Assembly: GCF_009834535.1 (NCBI RefSeq)
Contig: NC_045696.1
Coordinates: 24,120,001 to 24,184,000, forward strand
From: Camelus ferus
Taxonomy: Eukaryota
Reading direction: 5' to 3'
Length of the DNA: 64,000 nucleotides
The notes under the pieces were generated by a model. The model did not search any database and was not told the origin of the DNA. It saw only the letters and a program-made list of their open reading frames with translations. The position numbers were made by a program, and so were the translations under genes. This document shows positions 37,401 through 51,145 of the stretch, one piece after another (the first letter of the stretch is position 1; each line of letters starts with the position of its first letter).

Positions 37401-39554
37401 AATTGCTTTGTAGATATGTCTTTTCTCCTCAACTACACCATAATCTGCTTGTGGCTAGATGCTGGATATTATGCTTGGATTTTTTTTTTTTTATTTTCTT
37501 TCTTTTATTCTCTTAGCAAGAATCAGCTGCCTAGAAGACCTTCATCAATAATTGTTTTTTAATACTTGCTAAATGGTAAGACAAAAGTCAGAACAATGCC
37601 AAAACTTCCATCTGTACCTCGTAGCTGACGGGATTCCAACAGAGAGATTTTTGAAAGATACCGTGAGAAGGCAGAACCTTCAGTTCCTTGCTTCTGTCAT
37701 GTCAGTTGGGAAAACTGGATTCTAATTCTCACTTTTTCACTGGCTTGATCTATGAAGTGGATCAGTCTTCAGTGATCTCACCTAAACATCTGCCCGCTAG
37801 CATCTTGAAGAATTAATAAGTATCATTTTATGTCACAAAAAAGAAGGTTGTGGGGAAAGACATTATACAAACACAAGATGCCATTATTACACCACAACTT
37901 GTGTGTGATGTTAAGTTCATGCTTGACAATAGTGCAGAGATTTTTCTTTTAGAAGCATGTCGTTGCTTTAATTTTTCATTTCACTTTTATGTTTCATCTG
38001 GCTCATCTTTTTGAAGTCGTTTCTTTGTTGAAATAGTTTCATAGGGTACCTTTTCTCTCAAACTGGTTTTATTTTGATGGATTTAGCTTCCCTGGAGGAA
38101 GCTGCATATGGAAAAAGCTGAGAACCGTTGAGCTGCTAATAATAATTATCCTCTGCCCTTTTAAAGCCTCTTTTATCTGAAGATATCAAAGTATTTTTCC
38201 AACCAGTAGCTATAATTACCTCCATCATACAAAGAATAACTGCCAGTGAGGCTGAATGACTTACAGAAGGTTGACAAAGGCAAAATGCAGAACCCGGAAC
38301 CCCAAATTCCCTCCCCACCCCATCTTCTTCTCTGTCTCCCAAACCCTAGGACTCTTAGGTTCCGAGGAGACTCAGAGAAAAGGGAAGTAAGTCTTCGTAT
38401 CTGTAGCTCTAATGGACACCTAAACACGGTGCCCTCTCATATACCTGAGGATATGTGAACACGGATGGCAAGACATCCATTGCATAGGCAGCCAGTGGAG
38501 GGAGAGGTCACTTTGGGGTAGAGAGGCTGAAAAAGGCTTTGTCAAATGGAATTTCAGGCAACCTCCCCTAGGAAGTGGCCGGTTCTCCATACTGTCTTGC
38601 CTTTGCAGTTTTCTTTCTCACCTAGAAAAAGAGAGTTTATATTTGGTAAAGGGCAGGGTCTACTTTTTCCTCAGCAGGCCAAGTTGAGGGCTAGCAGGAC
38701 GGATTTCTGGGTTCTCCTCACAGGTATAATTTAGGCCCAGTCTTCACTGAGATCCAGAGTCCTTTAGCAGTGGACCATCCATGCTTGATAACTTTCAGAT
38801 TTTCTTTCTGGGTTTTATCTGCAGATAGAATGACATAGCTCACGCTGGCCAGGTTCCCCTGAGAGTGGGAAAGATGACTGACATGAACAGGGGCTGGTGA
38901 GCCAGGCGTTTCGATTAAACATGGGGTCTGAGAACTGGGGGAAGGTCTGGGTCTGACTGACGGCAGGGAGGGCTGGAGGACCTCCACACCCAGCGGAGAA
39001 CAGGGTACTGGAAACAAGACAAAGTAGCGAAGAGCTTCAGCTGTCAGGTTGTTCTGAAAGTGGAGTAGAGCGTTTTACACGTGGAGAGAAGGGCACTGAT
39101 CGTTACCTGGATATTGTGACTATGTCCCACAGAGCCTCCTGGGAGTAATTTTTTACTATTAATTTGAACAAGAGCGCTGATACTCTTTATGTGTATAATG
39201 AAGCTAATCTCTGCATTTAATAGAAACAACTTTTTAATGTTAGTAAAATCAGAATCTTAAATTTCAGAAGTGAATATACTTTAGGTTCTCTTTCTGGGCT
39301 CGCTCTGGTGATTAAGATGCTCTCATTTCAATCCTCTTGGATTAGAATTAGTTGATGGTACTCACTAGTTTTCTCTGAGACCTACCTTGACAGTTTTCCA
39401 AATGTAACTTTTTGACAGCAAGCGCTTTCATATATTCATTTTCATATTTGTTCTTATACCTTTAAAGAAGAGCTAATGGTTTGTTTTTATTTTCCTGATC
39501 AACAAGGAATTGACGATACTTAATTTGAGGGAAAGTAATGGCCATTATTTAGGA

Positions 39555-39765
39555 AGCATTTCCCATATGCCTGGTCTTGGGTTAAGCTGCACTGTGTCAT
39601 CTCGTCCTTAAAACAACAGTATGCGGTAGGCATGGGTATTATTGCCACTTTATAGATAAGGAAATAGAGGCTTAAAAATTTAAGTCATTTAATTGATGTC
39701 ACACAGCTAATAAATGACACAGCTGTCAAGAAAACCCAGGTCCTACCGACTCCAAAACCACTCTC
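39555..39765 (-). mobile_element. MIR SINE
   Basis: ccactttatagataaggaaatagaggctt...gtcacacagctaataaatg...gactccaaaacc. Confidence 0.82.
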
Positions 39766-40779
39766 TTGATGGCAACTTTAACCTATTTCGTAATCGATTC
39801 TTAAATTTCTAGTTCTGTGACCTTTACTGTATCGAGTTAAGCCATCAGAAACCACGTGACATTACTATCAGCTCAAACATCTTCGGCCAGCGCGTTGGCA
39901 TGTACGTACATACATTTGATCCAGTTGGAAACACCAAAGATTGTTACTCCCTCTTTGTGTCACGCCTTAGTTGGGCTCACGGACCCTCTGGATGAGGGTT
40001 TCAACTTTAACGACTGTGGTGTCCTCTCGAAAAGAGATGACCTTACTAAGGGTCATTTCTCGGTAAATAAAGCTCCACTGCTGTTGACTTTTGATTCATC
40101 ATCACACTGATATTCAGTGTCAGTCCAGTGTCACTGGACTGAGCAGCAGTCTTGAGCTCTTATAAAGGGAAACAGGTGGCTGGTCACATTGGACCTCTTC
40201 CCTTTGGCAGAGGTGGGGAAACTGCAACTAGTAGTTAGCATTTTAATTGAAGTTGGCATTTGCAGAACCACTTTTCTCTTTAAAATTCTTCTCAAATGAA
40301 AGGAAACCAAAATAGAAAGTATTATAACTTCTTCTTGTGTCACATACATCAAGCTCCTTCAGAAGAGGAGACTTCCCTTTTCTTTGACTCAAATCCATGT
40401 GCTCCTGAGCTAATGGGCAGTCGTCAAAACTGATACCCACAGGTGTTTAGCGTATCAGGGAGAGTCAGTGTTTTTGTCAACTTTTTAAACAACTCCCCTC
40501 ACAATCACCAATGCTCTCCAAATAGAATCTGCTGACTTCAATGGCAGGGTCAGTGTTACAGAGTGACTCACTGCCTGAGAGAACAAACAAGCTCAACAAA
40601 GGCTACTTAGAGATGTAAATGCTGTTTCCTCATCGCCAGGGAAAGCTGGATTTTTCACAAAATAGAACTGAAAAGCCTGTGTGCGGGGGTTCCTGCTGTC
40701 TCCAAGAGTCCTGGGGCTCAAGAAATACACACACCCTCGAACAACTGCTCCCCTCCCCTTCCTCTCCCAACTCCTAGAG

Positions 40780-41230
40780 TGCACCAGATGCATTCAGTTC
40801 CTCAGTGAAAACACTCCTGAACCTGGTCCAGCCCAGCTCCAACCCACGCCAACTTCCCAGAAGCTAGCCTTGCCAAGGTCTCCAGTAACACACTCACTGC
40901 CAAAACGAAATGGCATTTCTCCATCTCCATGCTCCTTGACCTATGTACAGAATTTGACACTGCTGATAACCAATTACACAACCTTCTCTCCTTGGCTTCT
41001 GAGCCTCTTTCCTCATTTAGTCTTGACTCTCACCTCATCTGCTTCAGAGACCCTCCCCACTCCTCCCCTAACTTTCACTTTCCATGGGGTTACCCCCATT
41101 GCTTTCATGTTGGTTGCCCCACTGATGGCAGAGGCCGTGATTTATTCATCTGGGCACCCCAGTGCCTCAACAGTGTTTGCAAAATAACATGAGCTCAAAA
41201 AAAAAAAAATTTTGTTGAATGAATACACAT
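40780..41230 (+). mobile_element. L2 fragment including a reverse-transcriptase motif remnant and a 3' tail
   Basis: ORF 40929 reads LLDLCTEFDTAD...LLSL, matching the L2/CR1-type RT motif LLDLSAAFDTVDH; ends tttgttgaatgaat. Confidence 0.75.
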
Positions 41231-44200
41231 CTCTAATACATTCATTTCTGTATTCACCCCTGCCCTGTGCATTTCCTCTGGATGTGAGACAATTTCCACG
41301 AACAATTCCTATCGAGCAGAAATTTGTCATCCATCTTTAACTTTTCCCACATCCAAGATCTGTGTGTCAGTAAAGAACATTGATAAATAAGAAAGCTCCC
41401 AAATAAAACTTCACTGACTCTTGGTTGTTTTTCCAGTTCTCTTTTCAGTTCCTAATTAAATCTGCTTTTTCAGTCATGACATTTTCTGAATCTGATTTGC
41501 CTTCTTTTCAACTCTTCCAAAGGATTTCTTACAGAATAAAAGAAAAAAGTACTCTGTGTTCCATTGGCATTTTGTATAGTAACTACTCACTCCAATGTAT
41601 TACAAAGAGCAGCCAATTAATATTTGTTGAGTGATGGCCACACGAACTGGATCGTGTGTACTGTTTCTCAATTTGATCATTAATGTAGTCCAGACACATG
41701 GATTAGTGGTTCCATTGCCTGTTTATTTTAGTCATTTTAATGACTAAATCATATTATCTCAGAGATGATGTAGTCAAAGTCAAGTGAAAAATAAGTCAGT
41801 GAAAAATAAGAATTTGACTCTATCAACTTATTAGTTAGCTTGTCTTTTGGTTTATTTGTAATCCTTCATCTCCTTTTGGAATAATCATAGGCTCATCTCT
41901 CCAGAATCCCAAGTTACAATAGTTCTTTCCTGTAGTCTTCAGTTCTTCTGTCAAAGTTGTCTTTTTCGCCTCTCGTTTTGTGGATGCCAGACTTTTTTGA
42001 GGCCGTATAATTTTTTTTAATTTGCCCCATAAATCATGTGTAAGATCTTCTTGCTCAATAGACAGGTCTTTCATCCTAATTTTTTAAATGTCTAGCTAGT
42101 CATTTCTCTCTCTTCTTGTATACCCTCTGATTGAATCACATTGTGCATCAACTTACTACCCTCTTCCTCTGATTATTTTACTTTATATCCTCTTTCATTT
42201 GGATGGATGGATAGATGATAGACAGATAGATAGGTTAACAAAATTACTTCTTACAGACATTAAACAACTATTCAATATAATCTGCTAGCACCAAGAACTT
42301 GCTTCCTAAAAATAGATACTGTCTTTTTATCCCCTCTTGATAAGCACATCTCTTCCACATTTGCAGTGGTCAAACGCATTTATACTTGAACATTGTTGTC
42401 TGTGTGGTTTACAAAGCTATCCCTCCTTTTATGTGTTTCTCTTTTATTATCATCAGTTTCTGATTGTAAACTCCTAAAAATGAAGAACTGACATTTATTA
42501 ACCATATCCGTAAACAGTTCCTAGCACTGTACTGTGAGGATGGAGGCAAGTGAAACATTATTTATGTCTATTAACAAATTATCATGTATGGATCTGAAAC
42601 TCTGTAGGTACCTGAAACTATAAAAATCAATTAATTTTTTCATCTTTCACCAGCATATTCATTCAGCCTTGCTAGAGGGAATGTGTAATGAAAATGGACC
42701 CCTTCCATTATTCAGTGGATCTTCTTAGATCAATAGTATTTCCCATTTAGTAAAATGTGATGTCTCATGATTTTTCATAGCAATCTGTGTAATTGGAAGG
42801 GATTCACTTTGATTAACATAGAAGAATGGTAATTCATATGAAGCATCATAATGAGATACAAGAAAAATCTACATTGATATTTCTAACCCATCTGAGTTTC
42901 CAAAATAATTTTAAGAAACTAAAGAGAACACCTTTTTAATTTTCCTGATGCTTATCATTCCTTCTATTTGATTCTTTCAGTTATAAATCAGGTACATTCC
43001 AAATGTCTTTCTCTGCTTGTCATACTCTTTTGCCTAACATTTTAAATCTTCAATAAAATATAAATGAGCAACAGCTTCCTGCTAACCACAAATTCCCCTC
43101 CTTGTTTTGCTTTGTCTAAATGTTCTTCTTGAATGCCCAGAGGACTTTCTCTTCCTGCTTGGCACAGTCCGAAATTAGTTTGAATCACATTATTCTTATA
43201 TCCAAGGTACCTGCATTATAATTCCAAGGGTAATTTGTGTCCTTTAGCCATAGTGTGCTTATCATCAATGCTTCAAGGGACTACAATCTGGCCTTGATCT
43301 TGCTCAGTTCATCAAGGTTGCTTGAGGGTAGAGCTATCTGCTGGTAAAATATTGGTTTCATTCCTATGACAACTCAGAAATCTATTTCTCAACCAAGCCA
43401 GTGATTTCTCAGTTTTTAAAATCACATTTACAAGGCAGTGCTGATACAAAAGTGTGCATCCATTTTTTTCTCCATTAAGTTCAAAGCAAGCAATTCTTTT
43501 TACTATTTCACCTTGAACTTCATTCTGACCTAAATATTCAGCCCTTGAGCATCAGCTAAAAATCTTGTTTGCCTCTGTGTTAGTGGTTTTTTTTTTCAAG
43601 TGTGTGTGTTTTCTTTTTAACATCTCATTAAAAGATTAAGACATATTATTATTACTTGAAATAAATGGGTAAACATCGCCTTGTTTATTTCTCTTTCATG
43701 CTTTTATCTTCTCCCTGTTAGGTTACCCTAAACACCAGGTCACTTGGTTTGCCAGAAGACTGATTAGAAACCTTTGTTTTGTGCAAAATCCCAACTGTCC
43801 ACAGGGCGTGGTGCAGACACTCAGCCATTCCTGAGCTGTCATCACATTGATACTTTTTTTGTGAATAAACAGATCTACTTTAGGAAATTATTTGTGATCC
43901 CCAGATTGGTTTTTGTAGCCAACTATTTCCCATGTTGATTTTCGGGCACTAAGCCAGTAGCTACACTCTCAGCTCCAAGTCATTGTCACACGTACATTGA
44001 AGACAGTTAACATTCTCCTAAATGCTTTGAAATTTCTAGTTAATAGTATCTTGCTTTGAATTAAGTTTGTGTAAACCTTAAACAACCTTTTCAACAATGT
44101 GGAAAAAGTTGTCAAAGCCTTAATTTCATATCACGTGTGAAAAGATGTGATGAATTCTGCTTTTTACACACTCAATTCTGTCAAGACAGTTTTGATGTGA

Positions 44201-45227
44201 CAGTACTATTTCAAATGAAGGACCAACTGGTCTGTGCCTTGCTAGGTTTTATTGAACAAATCTGATGGATTTAATGCACGTGAGGCTGGGAGTGGGGTTA
44301 GCTGAATTATACCATAAAATAGAGGGAGAAGAATTTGGAGTTCTCAGATAAGGAGATCAGGAAGAGAGAAATGAAGAAAAGGGGAAACTCAACAAGATAA
44401 TGAAAAGCAAGATTAAAAATAAATAAATAAACATGTTAGTAACCATCCCCAGCACAGGCGGAATGAGGGATATTTTAAGAACGATTATCTCTTTGCTCCA
44501 TTTGAGGTTATCTGTGTTGCTAATGTTTAACACATTCATCAGCCTTTCTCCCAAATCTCCAAGTTTATTGAACTTATATTCATGTGAGTGGGTGTTTTAA
44601 TGTTTGTGAAAAATCAAGGGATGGGCTGAGTCGGTGGTATCAGGTACATTAAGGAGGCGGGGCCCAGAGGCTGAGGTGACTTGAGAATTTAACTCCCACA
44701 GGCATATGTAAAAGTTTGGGGGAGGGTTTTGGTCAGCAAGTCACGGAATTGCGGGAGTGGAAGTCTTTGTCAATTTCATCTAGAAGCCAAGTACAAAAGG
44801 AAGGAGTGGCAGAGGTCCACCTAATCTCTGCTCATAGTAGGTTTTTCAGTGAGAGTGTGGCCTGACCAAATTCACTGTGAGATAACTGAGCAATCTGGGG
44901 ATGGACAGAGACTATGAAATTCCAGGCAGTGGGATATCATACATTGAGAGGCAGACCTGGCATTGAAGCAATAACAAGTAGCATCTGAAGCAAAGGTAAG
45001 TGTCAGTAAATACACCAATGTATCTAGCTGGAGAGATCTGGGAAATGGTACTCGCACCAGGGAATACAGAGAGGCAGCGGGGTGGGGAGACGGATGATGA
45101 ATTAGATTTGGAGGATGCTGACGTTGAAGGGACTATGACAGAGTTAAGAAGAAATGCCCACTAGAAAAGTGTGTATACACCTACAGAGAGCTTGTATTCA
45201 GCAGTCTTTGATTTCCCTTCTGTAGTA

Positions 45228-45305
45228 TCTTACTCAGAATGTGGGAACTGAAGGTATTCAGATGTTTTGGTTAGCCTCCCAAGTAGTGGATGTAAATTCA
45301 CATAG
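45228..45305 (+). repeat. Dispersed direct repeat, copy 1 (partner 47743-47819)
   Basis: Hand alignment gives about 65/78 identity with a perfect 22-bp core atgttttggttagcctcccaag. Confidence 0.9.
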
Positions 45306-46734
45306 TGCACTTTTTCTCTTTCTTTCCTTCTTTTCTTCCTTTTTCCCATCTTTCCTCTCTCCCTACTTCACTCCCTCTTCTCTCTCAGTAAACAATTATT
45401 GAAGAAAATAGAAACTTTCTATTCTTGGCAGTTTTTTTTCTACATCATTAAAAAAATTATTTTACACATGAATTTTATATGAAACTTGAAAACATTTACT
45501 CACATATAAATTAAATGAGTTCTCATAGTTTTGATATGGTGATACCTGTTGGGGTTTTTTTTAGGTTTTTATTGTTATTATTAAAAGAAAAGTGTTCCTG
45601 TCATAGTTTATAAACATCACATTTCTCATATTCTTTGCATCTTAAAGGGAAAATTATTCTTAAAACTGTTTCTCTATCCTTACCTATTAACATTAATTTA
45701 ATTCCCTAAAGCTGTCTTTCCCTTTTTTTTTTCTATTATTCTTTCTATCTATTTTTCTCATATGAATTAATGCTTTCCCAGGTCCTCTGACTTTGAACTC
45801 ACCAACTGTAAATGGCTGATTGGATCATGGCACTACACGTTTAGGAAGCCTTACTTACTTTTTTGGCTCTTTCATAGTCATCTTAAGGTTATTCTGTAAA
45901 TACTCCATTAGAATCATTTAAAATTCAATTTATTAAGCCAGCCTTTCTCCCACAATTAGAGCAGAATAGAAAAGCATGTTGGAACCATTGTCAAAAGGGG
46001 TTGAAATATACAATATAATCATTGTTTCTTCTTTATGTTATGAAAGAATAAGGACTTTATTAATGTACTTTACTAGAATATGTATTGAAAACATTTGAAT
46101 TTGTAAAAGCCAATAGAAATCATTTTAAATTATCTTTTTAGAAACTAAGCTGATTATAAAGACATTCTCTTATGTCAATGGTATATACTTAATAGTAAGA
46201 TAATAAAAACATGGTAATTATAAAAGTGTAAGGCTTGTACAACATTAATTTCTAGTGAAAAGTGCTAAAATGCTGGCAGAAAGTGGTAACAGCAATGAGG
46301 ACTGACTTTCATTAAATAAAAATAAGATATACTACCTTTCCACTAATGATTAAATACTTACGGGCATGACTATTATCTCCACAGAAAGCTGACTCTTAAT
46401 CATACTTCAGTTTGCTTTTTAGAAAATTCATCCCTATAGATGCATTCCAAAGATTTATCATGCTAACAACTTCTACTGATTTTTTAAAACATAGGAGGAT
46501 TTGGGGCCTAGTATAATACTTTTACCTCTTCAAATCTCTAATTAAAATGTTTCTTATGATTTACTTGATGCAAAAATAGGACAAAGGACAATTGAGATAA
46601 ACTATCATCACGTAGATTTGGAGATACATTCATTCTGAAAAAAAATTTTTAAATGGCAGTCACTGCTCAGAAGTTTTCCAAGTATATGTTTTTCTTAGTT
46701 AAAAAATTAATCACTAGCATTTTCTTGTTTATCT

Positions 46735-46776
46735 TTTTAAAATTTGTTTCTTTGGTGGGTAATTAGGCTTGCTAGC

Positions 46777-46815
<39 letters not shown>

Positions 46816-46920
46816 TTTTAATTTTATTATTATTTTTTTAACAGAGGTACTGTGGATTGAACCCAGGACCTCATGCATGCTGAGCGCACACTTTACCAAC
46901 TGAGTTATACCCTCTCCCCT
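46735..46920 (-). mobile_element. tRNA-derived SINE (camelid vic-1-like) with (TTTA)n tract
   Basis: gaggtactgtggattgaacccaggacctcatgcatgctgagcgcacactttaccaactgagttataccctc; same family as 5208-5366. Confidence 0.85.
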
Positions 46921-47742
46921 GAATTATATCTTAAAATAGATATATTTGAATATCATTTGTTTCTATTATATATTTCTTCTATAGATAGAACTCAAGGCAT
47001 TTAATTATATGTATAATATAAATCAGTAAATACTCATTGAGGCAATAGATACTCACGTAATACTCAGAGATAAAAGTAATGGAAGTTAAAAGAATCCTCA
47101 AGAGATTTTCCCAGAGTCTCACATGAAGCCAGTAGGAAACCGAAGAAAAAAGAATATATGCAGTAGTCCAGTGTAGCAATCTACTTCTAAGACCACACTA
47201 TTTCAAAAGTTTTGTCATATATATATATAAAGGATATCCAAAATCCCCCACTTTGGGGACACAGTTCTCACCGTTTGTTTAGTGGTGAACAAATTCTTCA
47301 GAATGCAGTCTAAGGTCTTATAACTAGTACCTCTTCCATAAACTTTTCATGAAAAGGTCACTGCCATTCAAGCTCACCCTTCTTTCTCCTTTATGTATTT
47401 ATATGTGTCACTCAGCACCCTTCCCTTGGCTTGGAAATCCATCAAGAACTTTTATCTTAGGAGTCAGTTGCCAGTTCTGCTTAATGAACCAGTCAGCAGG
47501 ATTCTCGAGAGCCTTGAGCATAAGCCTGTCTGTGCCCTTTTTCTCCGACTAAGAATGCCATTACCTCAAAAGCTAGCTATTGGGAAAGTCTTAGAACTGT
47601 TTACTGGAAATTATACAGCCTCGGACCCACCCTTATTCCTGGGGATGCAGGCACTGTGTTTAACTCTGTAAGTCTACTGACACTGATAATAGGTTTATCA
47701 ATGCAAGAGAAATCACTGAAAACTGTTTTCACTTTCACATTG

Positions 47743-47819
47743 TCTTACCCAAGTGTGGGTACTGGAGGTATTAAAATGTTTTGGTTAGCCTCCCAAGCGG
47801 AGGACATAAATTCACAGAG
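47743..47819 (+). repeat. Dispersed direct repeat, copy 2 (partner 45228-45305)
   Basis: Same hand alignment as copy 1. Confidence 0.9.
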
Positions 47820-49074
47820 CCTCCAAACATCTTCTGTTGTCTCATTTCTCCCTTTCTCCCTCCCTCAGGATATTATCATATTTGGCAAGATGTGGTTCAA
47901 TTCCACTTAAAATGATGGGATTAGACAGTCAGCCCATCTAATGCTTGGAATCTATATACTCTTAGAAGCATAGTTAAATTTAATCAGATGTTGGGCCATA
48001 AAATTAATAGTTCTACATTTGGACCTAAAACAGATTTTTGAGTTTCTTTTGACATTTTAAGAGTGAGTTAAAATAAATATGTAGTAGAACACCAGGCCCA
48101 TTAAACCAAAATATTTAGTGATCATATTTTATATTTTATGGTCTTAAACAATGTTACAAATTGCTAAGCTATATTTCAATTTGAGTATATTTGCATATCG
48201 TATACAAAATGACAGGAAACAAAGAAAGCAATGTGGGTGTTTGGAACATAGGAAGATGTGATTGTGCCACAAATAAAGTTTACTGCTAATGAATTAAAGC
48301 AAATACGTGTAGCTGATGCTGTAGTGCATCTTTTGGGGGCTCAGTCATCCCTCCGATTATAACAGGAAATTTCAGAGTTTCTAGATCAACTTTTCAACAA
48401 ATAGAATATGCATGTACTCAGATGGGCTATACCCCTTGATTTTTTCCTACACAATGAAGTTAACTTTATTGTATATTATTAACTTCAGACCCTGGGAATT
48501 AATTATTTACCCCATTGTTTAGCTTTTTCTTTGATTGTTGTACATGTTTTGGAAGGGGTTTCCCTGTTCTAATGTCCATCCATATCTCCAGTCTTCCCAT
48601 CGCCAGCCCTACCATCAGATACAATCTTTTGATTGTCTTCCTTTTGACAGTCTCCCATGTTTTAGGAAAAATAACTGCAAATTTCTGAGGCAAAACAATT
48701 CCCAAACTAGATCATTAAACTCTTAAAATTTCTGCTTGCCAAATTTGATAAATACAGGAAAAACTGAAGCTAGCTTGTTCTTAATTTTTCATACAATTCT
48801 CAATTCCATGAGTCAGTATGTGGCATTCACTCAAACATCACCAGTCATGTCTCTTTATAGAGGAAAGGGAAATTGTGCCTTCAACTATCCATCAAAATAT
48901 CAGGCATCCGTATCATTGCTTTTCTCCTTAAGTATGGTGGCACTGCCAACATAAACTACCCTTTTCCACACCTTTACAATTTTCTGGAAACACACAGACT
49001 CTACCTTACATTTTTCTGCATTATCTGGAGAAGTTTTTGTTCTTTTTTTTTTTAGGAGAGGTAAGTAGTGGCCT

Positions 49075-49240
49075 TTATGTATGTATGTATGTATGTATAT
49101 ATGTATTTTTATTTATATATTTTTATTGACAGTCAATTACAATGTGTCAATTTCTGGTGTACAGCACAATGTCCACATCATGGAGATACATACATATATT
49201 TGTTTTCATTTCTTTTTCATTAAAGTTTACAAGATATTGA
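49075..49240 (-). mobile_element. Lineage-specific L1 3' end with (TATG)n in the tail
   Basis: tttattgacagtcaattacaatgtgtcaatttctggtgtacagcacaatgtcc is antisense to the same L1 tail seen at 13.2 kb and 15.5 kb. Confidence 0.8.
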
Positions 49241-50269
49241 AGATTTTTGTTTGTTTTATATTTTATTGTAGTTTTGTATAGAATTACCATCTGGGGATCC
49301 ACAATCTTATCGAGTATGACTGAGAAAAAGAGTACAGAAAGGAAATAAAGACAGAAAAGACAGATATGACAGAAAAGTTTGGCTTTCCTAACATATAGCA
49401 GAGCAGAACATGGAACATAGACTTTTCTACTTTATAGTAAGTGTGGAAGGGGCACTGACCTTTACTGAGCCCTGACCTTGACCTTGTACCAATAAACACA
49501 TAGTCTTTATTTAGTTTAATTCTAACTCTTCAGATACTGAATAGAGGGGAAAATATCTTTAACTGTTGCCATTTTAATAAAAATTGCTTCCAATTTGACT
49601 CTTTAATGACTTTCCTTCCATTGTTTTTTCTATGAATAGATATATAATTCTTCTGTAGTTCCAATAACTGTAACTATATATGTTAACTTTTCTTCATTTA
49701 CTCAACCTAGTATGTATAGTCTACTTCTGCATTATTATATTATTGGTATATATAGTTAATAACTAAATACTAACCAAATAATCCCTTGGTGTAGAGTGGA
49801 TAAACCATAATTAACTGTTCTTCATGAATTTTAAGTTGTTACTATTGTAGATATTTCTAGAATAATAATTTTTATCATAAAGTTTGTTAGTTTATTGTTG
49901 TTTGCATTTAGAATATTTCCTTAACGTAAATTGTCAACAGTAAAATAAATGACAAATGGGCTACCACAAATTCTGATAAAATAAAAACAGTAAGTTTACA
50001 TGTGTACTATAAATTAACGAAAACAATTGCTTTAGAAATAATACAAGTAAAATATTACTCTGTTACTCTCATACAAGGCCGGTAATATCTTAAAATGGCA
50101 CAACTCTTTGGAAAACAACCTGATGTATAACTTATTATAGCCGATGATGGAGTGCTACCTTTCCGGGAGTCCCCCCAAATAAAATAGTGCATAAAAGGGC
50201 ACAATATCTAGCACAAAAATGATCATTGCAACTTTGTTAATTTATTTATTATTTCTAACCTTATAAGTG

Positions 50270-50890
50270 AAAATTCCTCCTTTATTGTTATAGGAATAAT
50301 ACAAGTTGCTAGTAAACAATTTAAGCAATATGTAAGAACAAAACAACCCTCCCCAGCTCCATTCTGTGGAGGCAACTGCTCCTAATGACTCTTTACAACC
50401 TTCCAAAATTTTTCTATTCAAATTTATATGAACACCTATTTCTTTTTACATAATATCACAGCATACAAATTCTTCAATTTGCTATTTTCACTTACTGAAA
50501 TATCTTAGACATCTTTCCATTTCAGTACATACAGACTCAACTCATTCTTTTGAATAGCCAAATAGTTTTCCGTCATATCATATTTTACGTATCCAGTACT
50601 CATTTTGAGTTGTATGTATTTTTCTCTGTTGTAAAGAATGTTGCAAAGAACATCCTTGTACATAAATCTTTCCACATTTACAAGAATAATTATAGAATAG
50701 TCTTAGAAATAGAATGGCTGAATAGACAGTACATGCTTTTTAAATTTAGATAGGTTATTCCTAATTGCCTTCCAAAATCAATCTACACTCACTGTGTTTG
50801 GCAGTGCCTGTTTCCTCACATCCTTTACAACACTGTGTATTCTCAAACTTTTCAACCTTTGCTAATATAATAAGACCTAATTTTATCCAC
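50270..50890 (-). mobile_element. Old L1 (L1ME-like) 3' region, antisense
   Basis: catctttccatttcagtacatacag; tgcaaagaacatccttgtacat; gtgcctgtttcctcacatcctt. Confidence 0.7.
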
Positions 50891-51110
50891 AAGCATTTGT
50901 GCTCTTTGAGGCACTGGAGAGAATTCAGCAGAAGCCACACCACCAGTTACAAAGAGAGAAGTAACATAACAGGAGACAAAATATATTTCATGACATCACA
51001 CAGTCAAAATTTATGTATCTTAAAGAGTTATTAGAGGTTATATACTTCAGATTTTTCATCTATCATTGAAATGTACGTCTTATTACCTTCACACAAACAC
51101 ACACAGGCAT

Positions 51111-51113
<3 letters not shown>

Positions 51114-51142
<29 letters not shown>
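51114..51142. repeat. (CA)n microsatellite
   Basis: Read directly. Confidence 0.95.

Positions 51143-51145
<3 letters not shown>

Noticed and set aside
40681..41187. Longest ORF in the track (168 aa)
   Set aside because: It overlaps an L2 remnant whose RT motif is in a different frame, starts at GTG and has no recognisable domain
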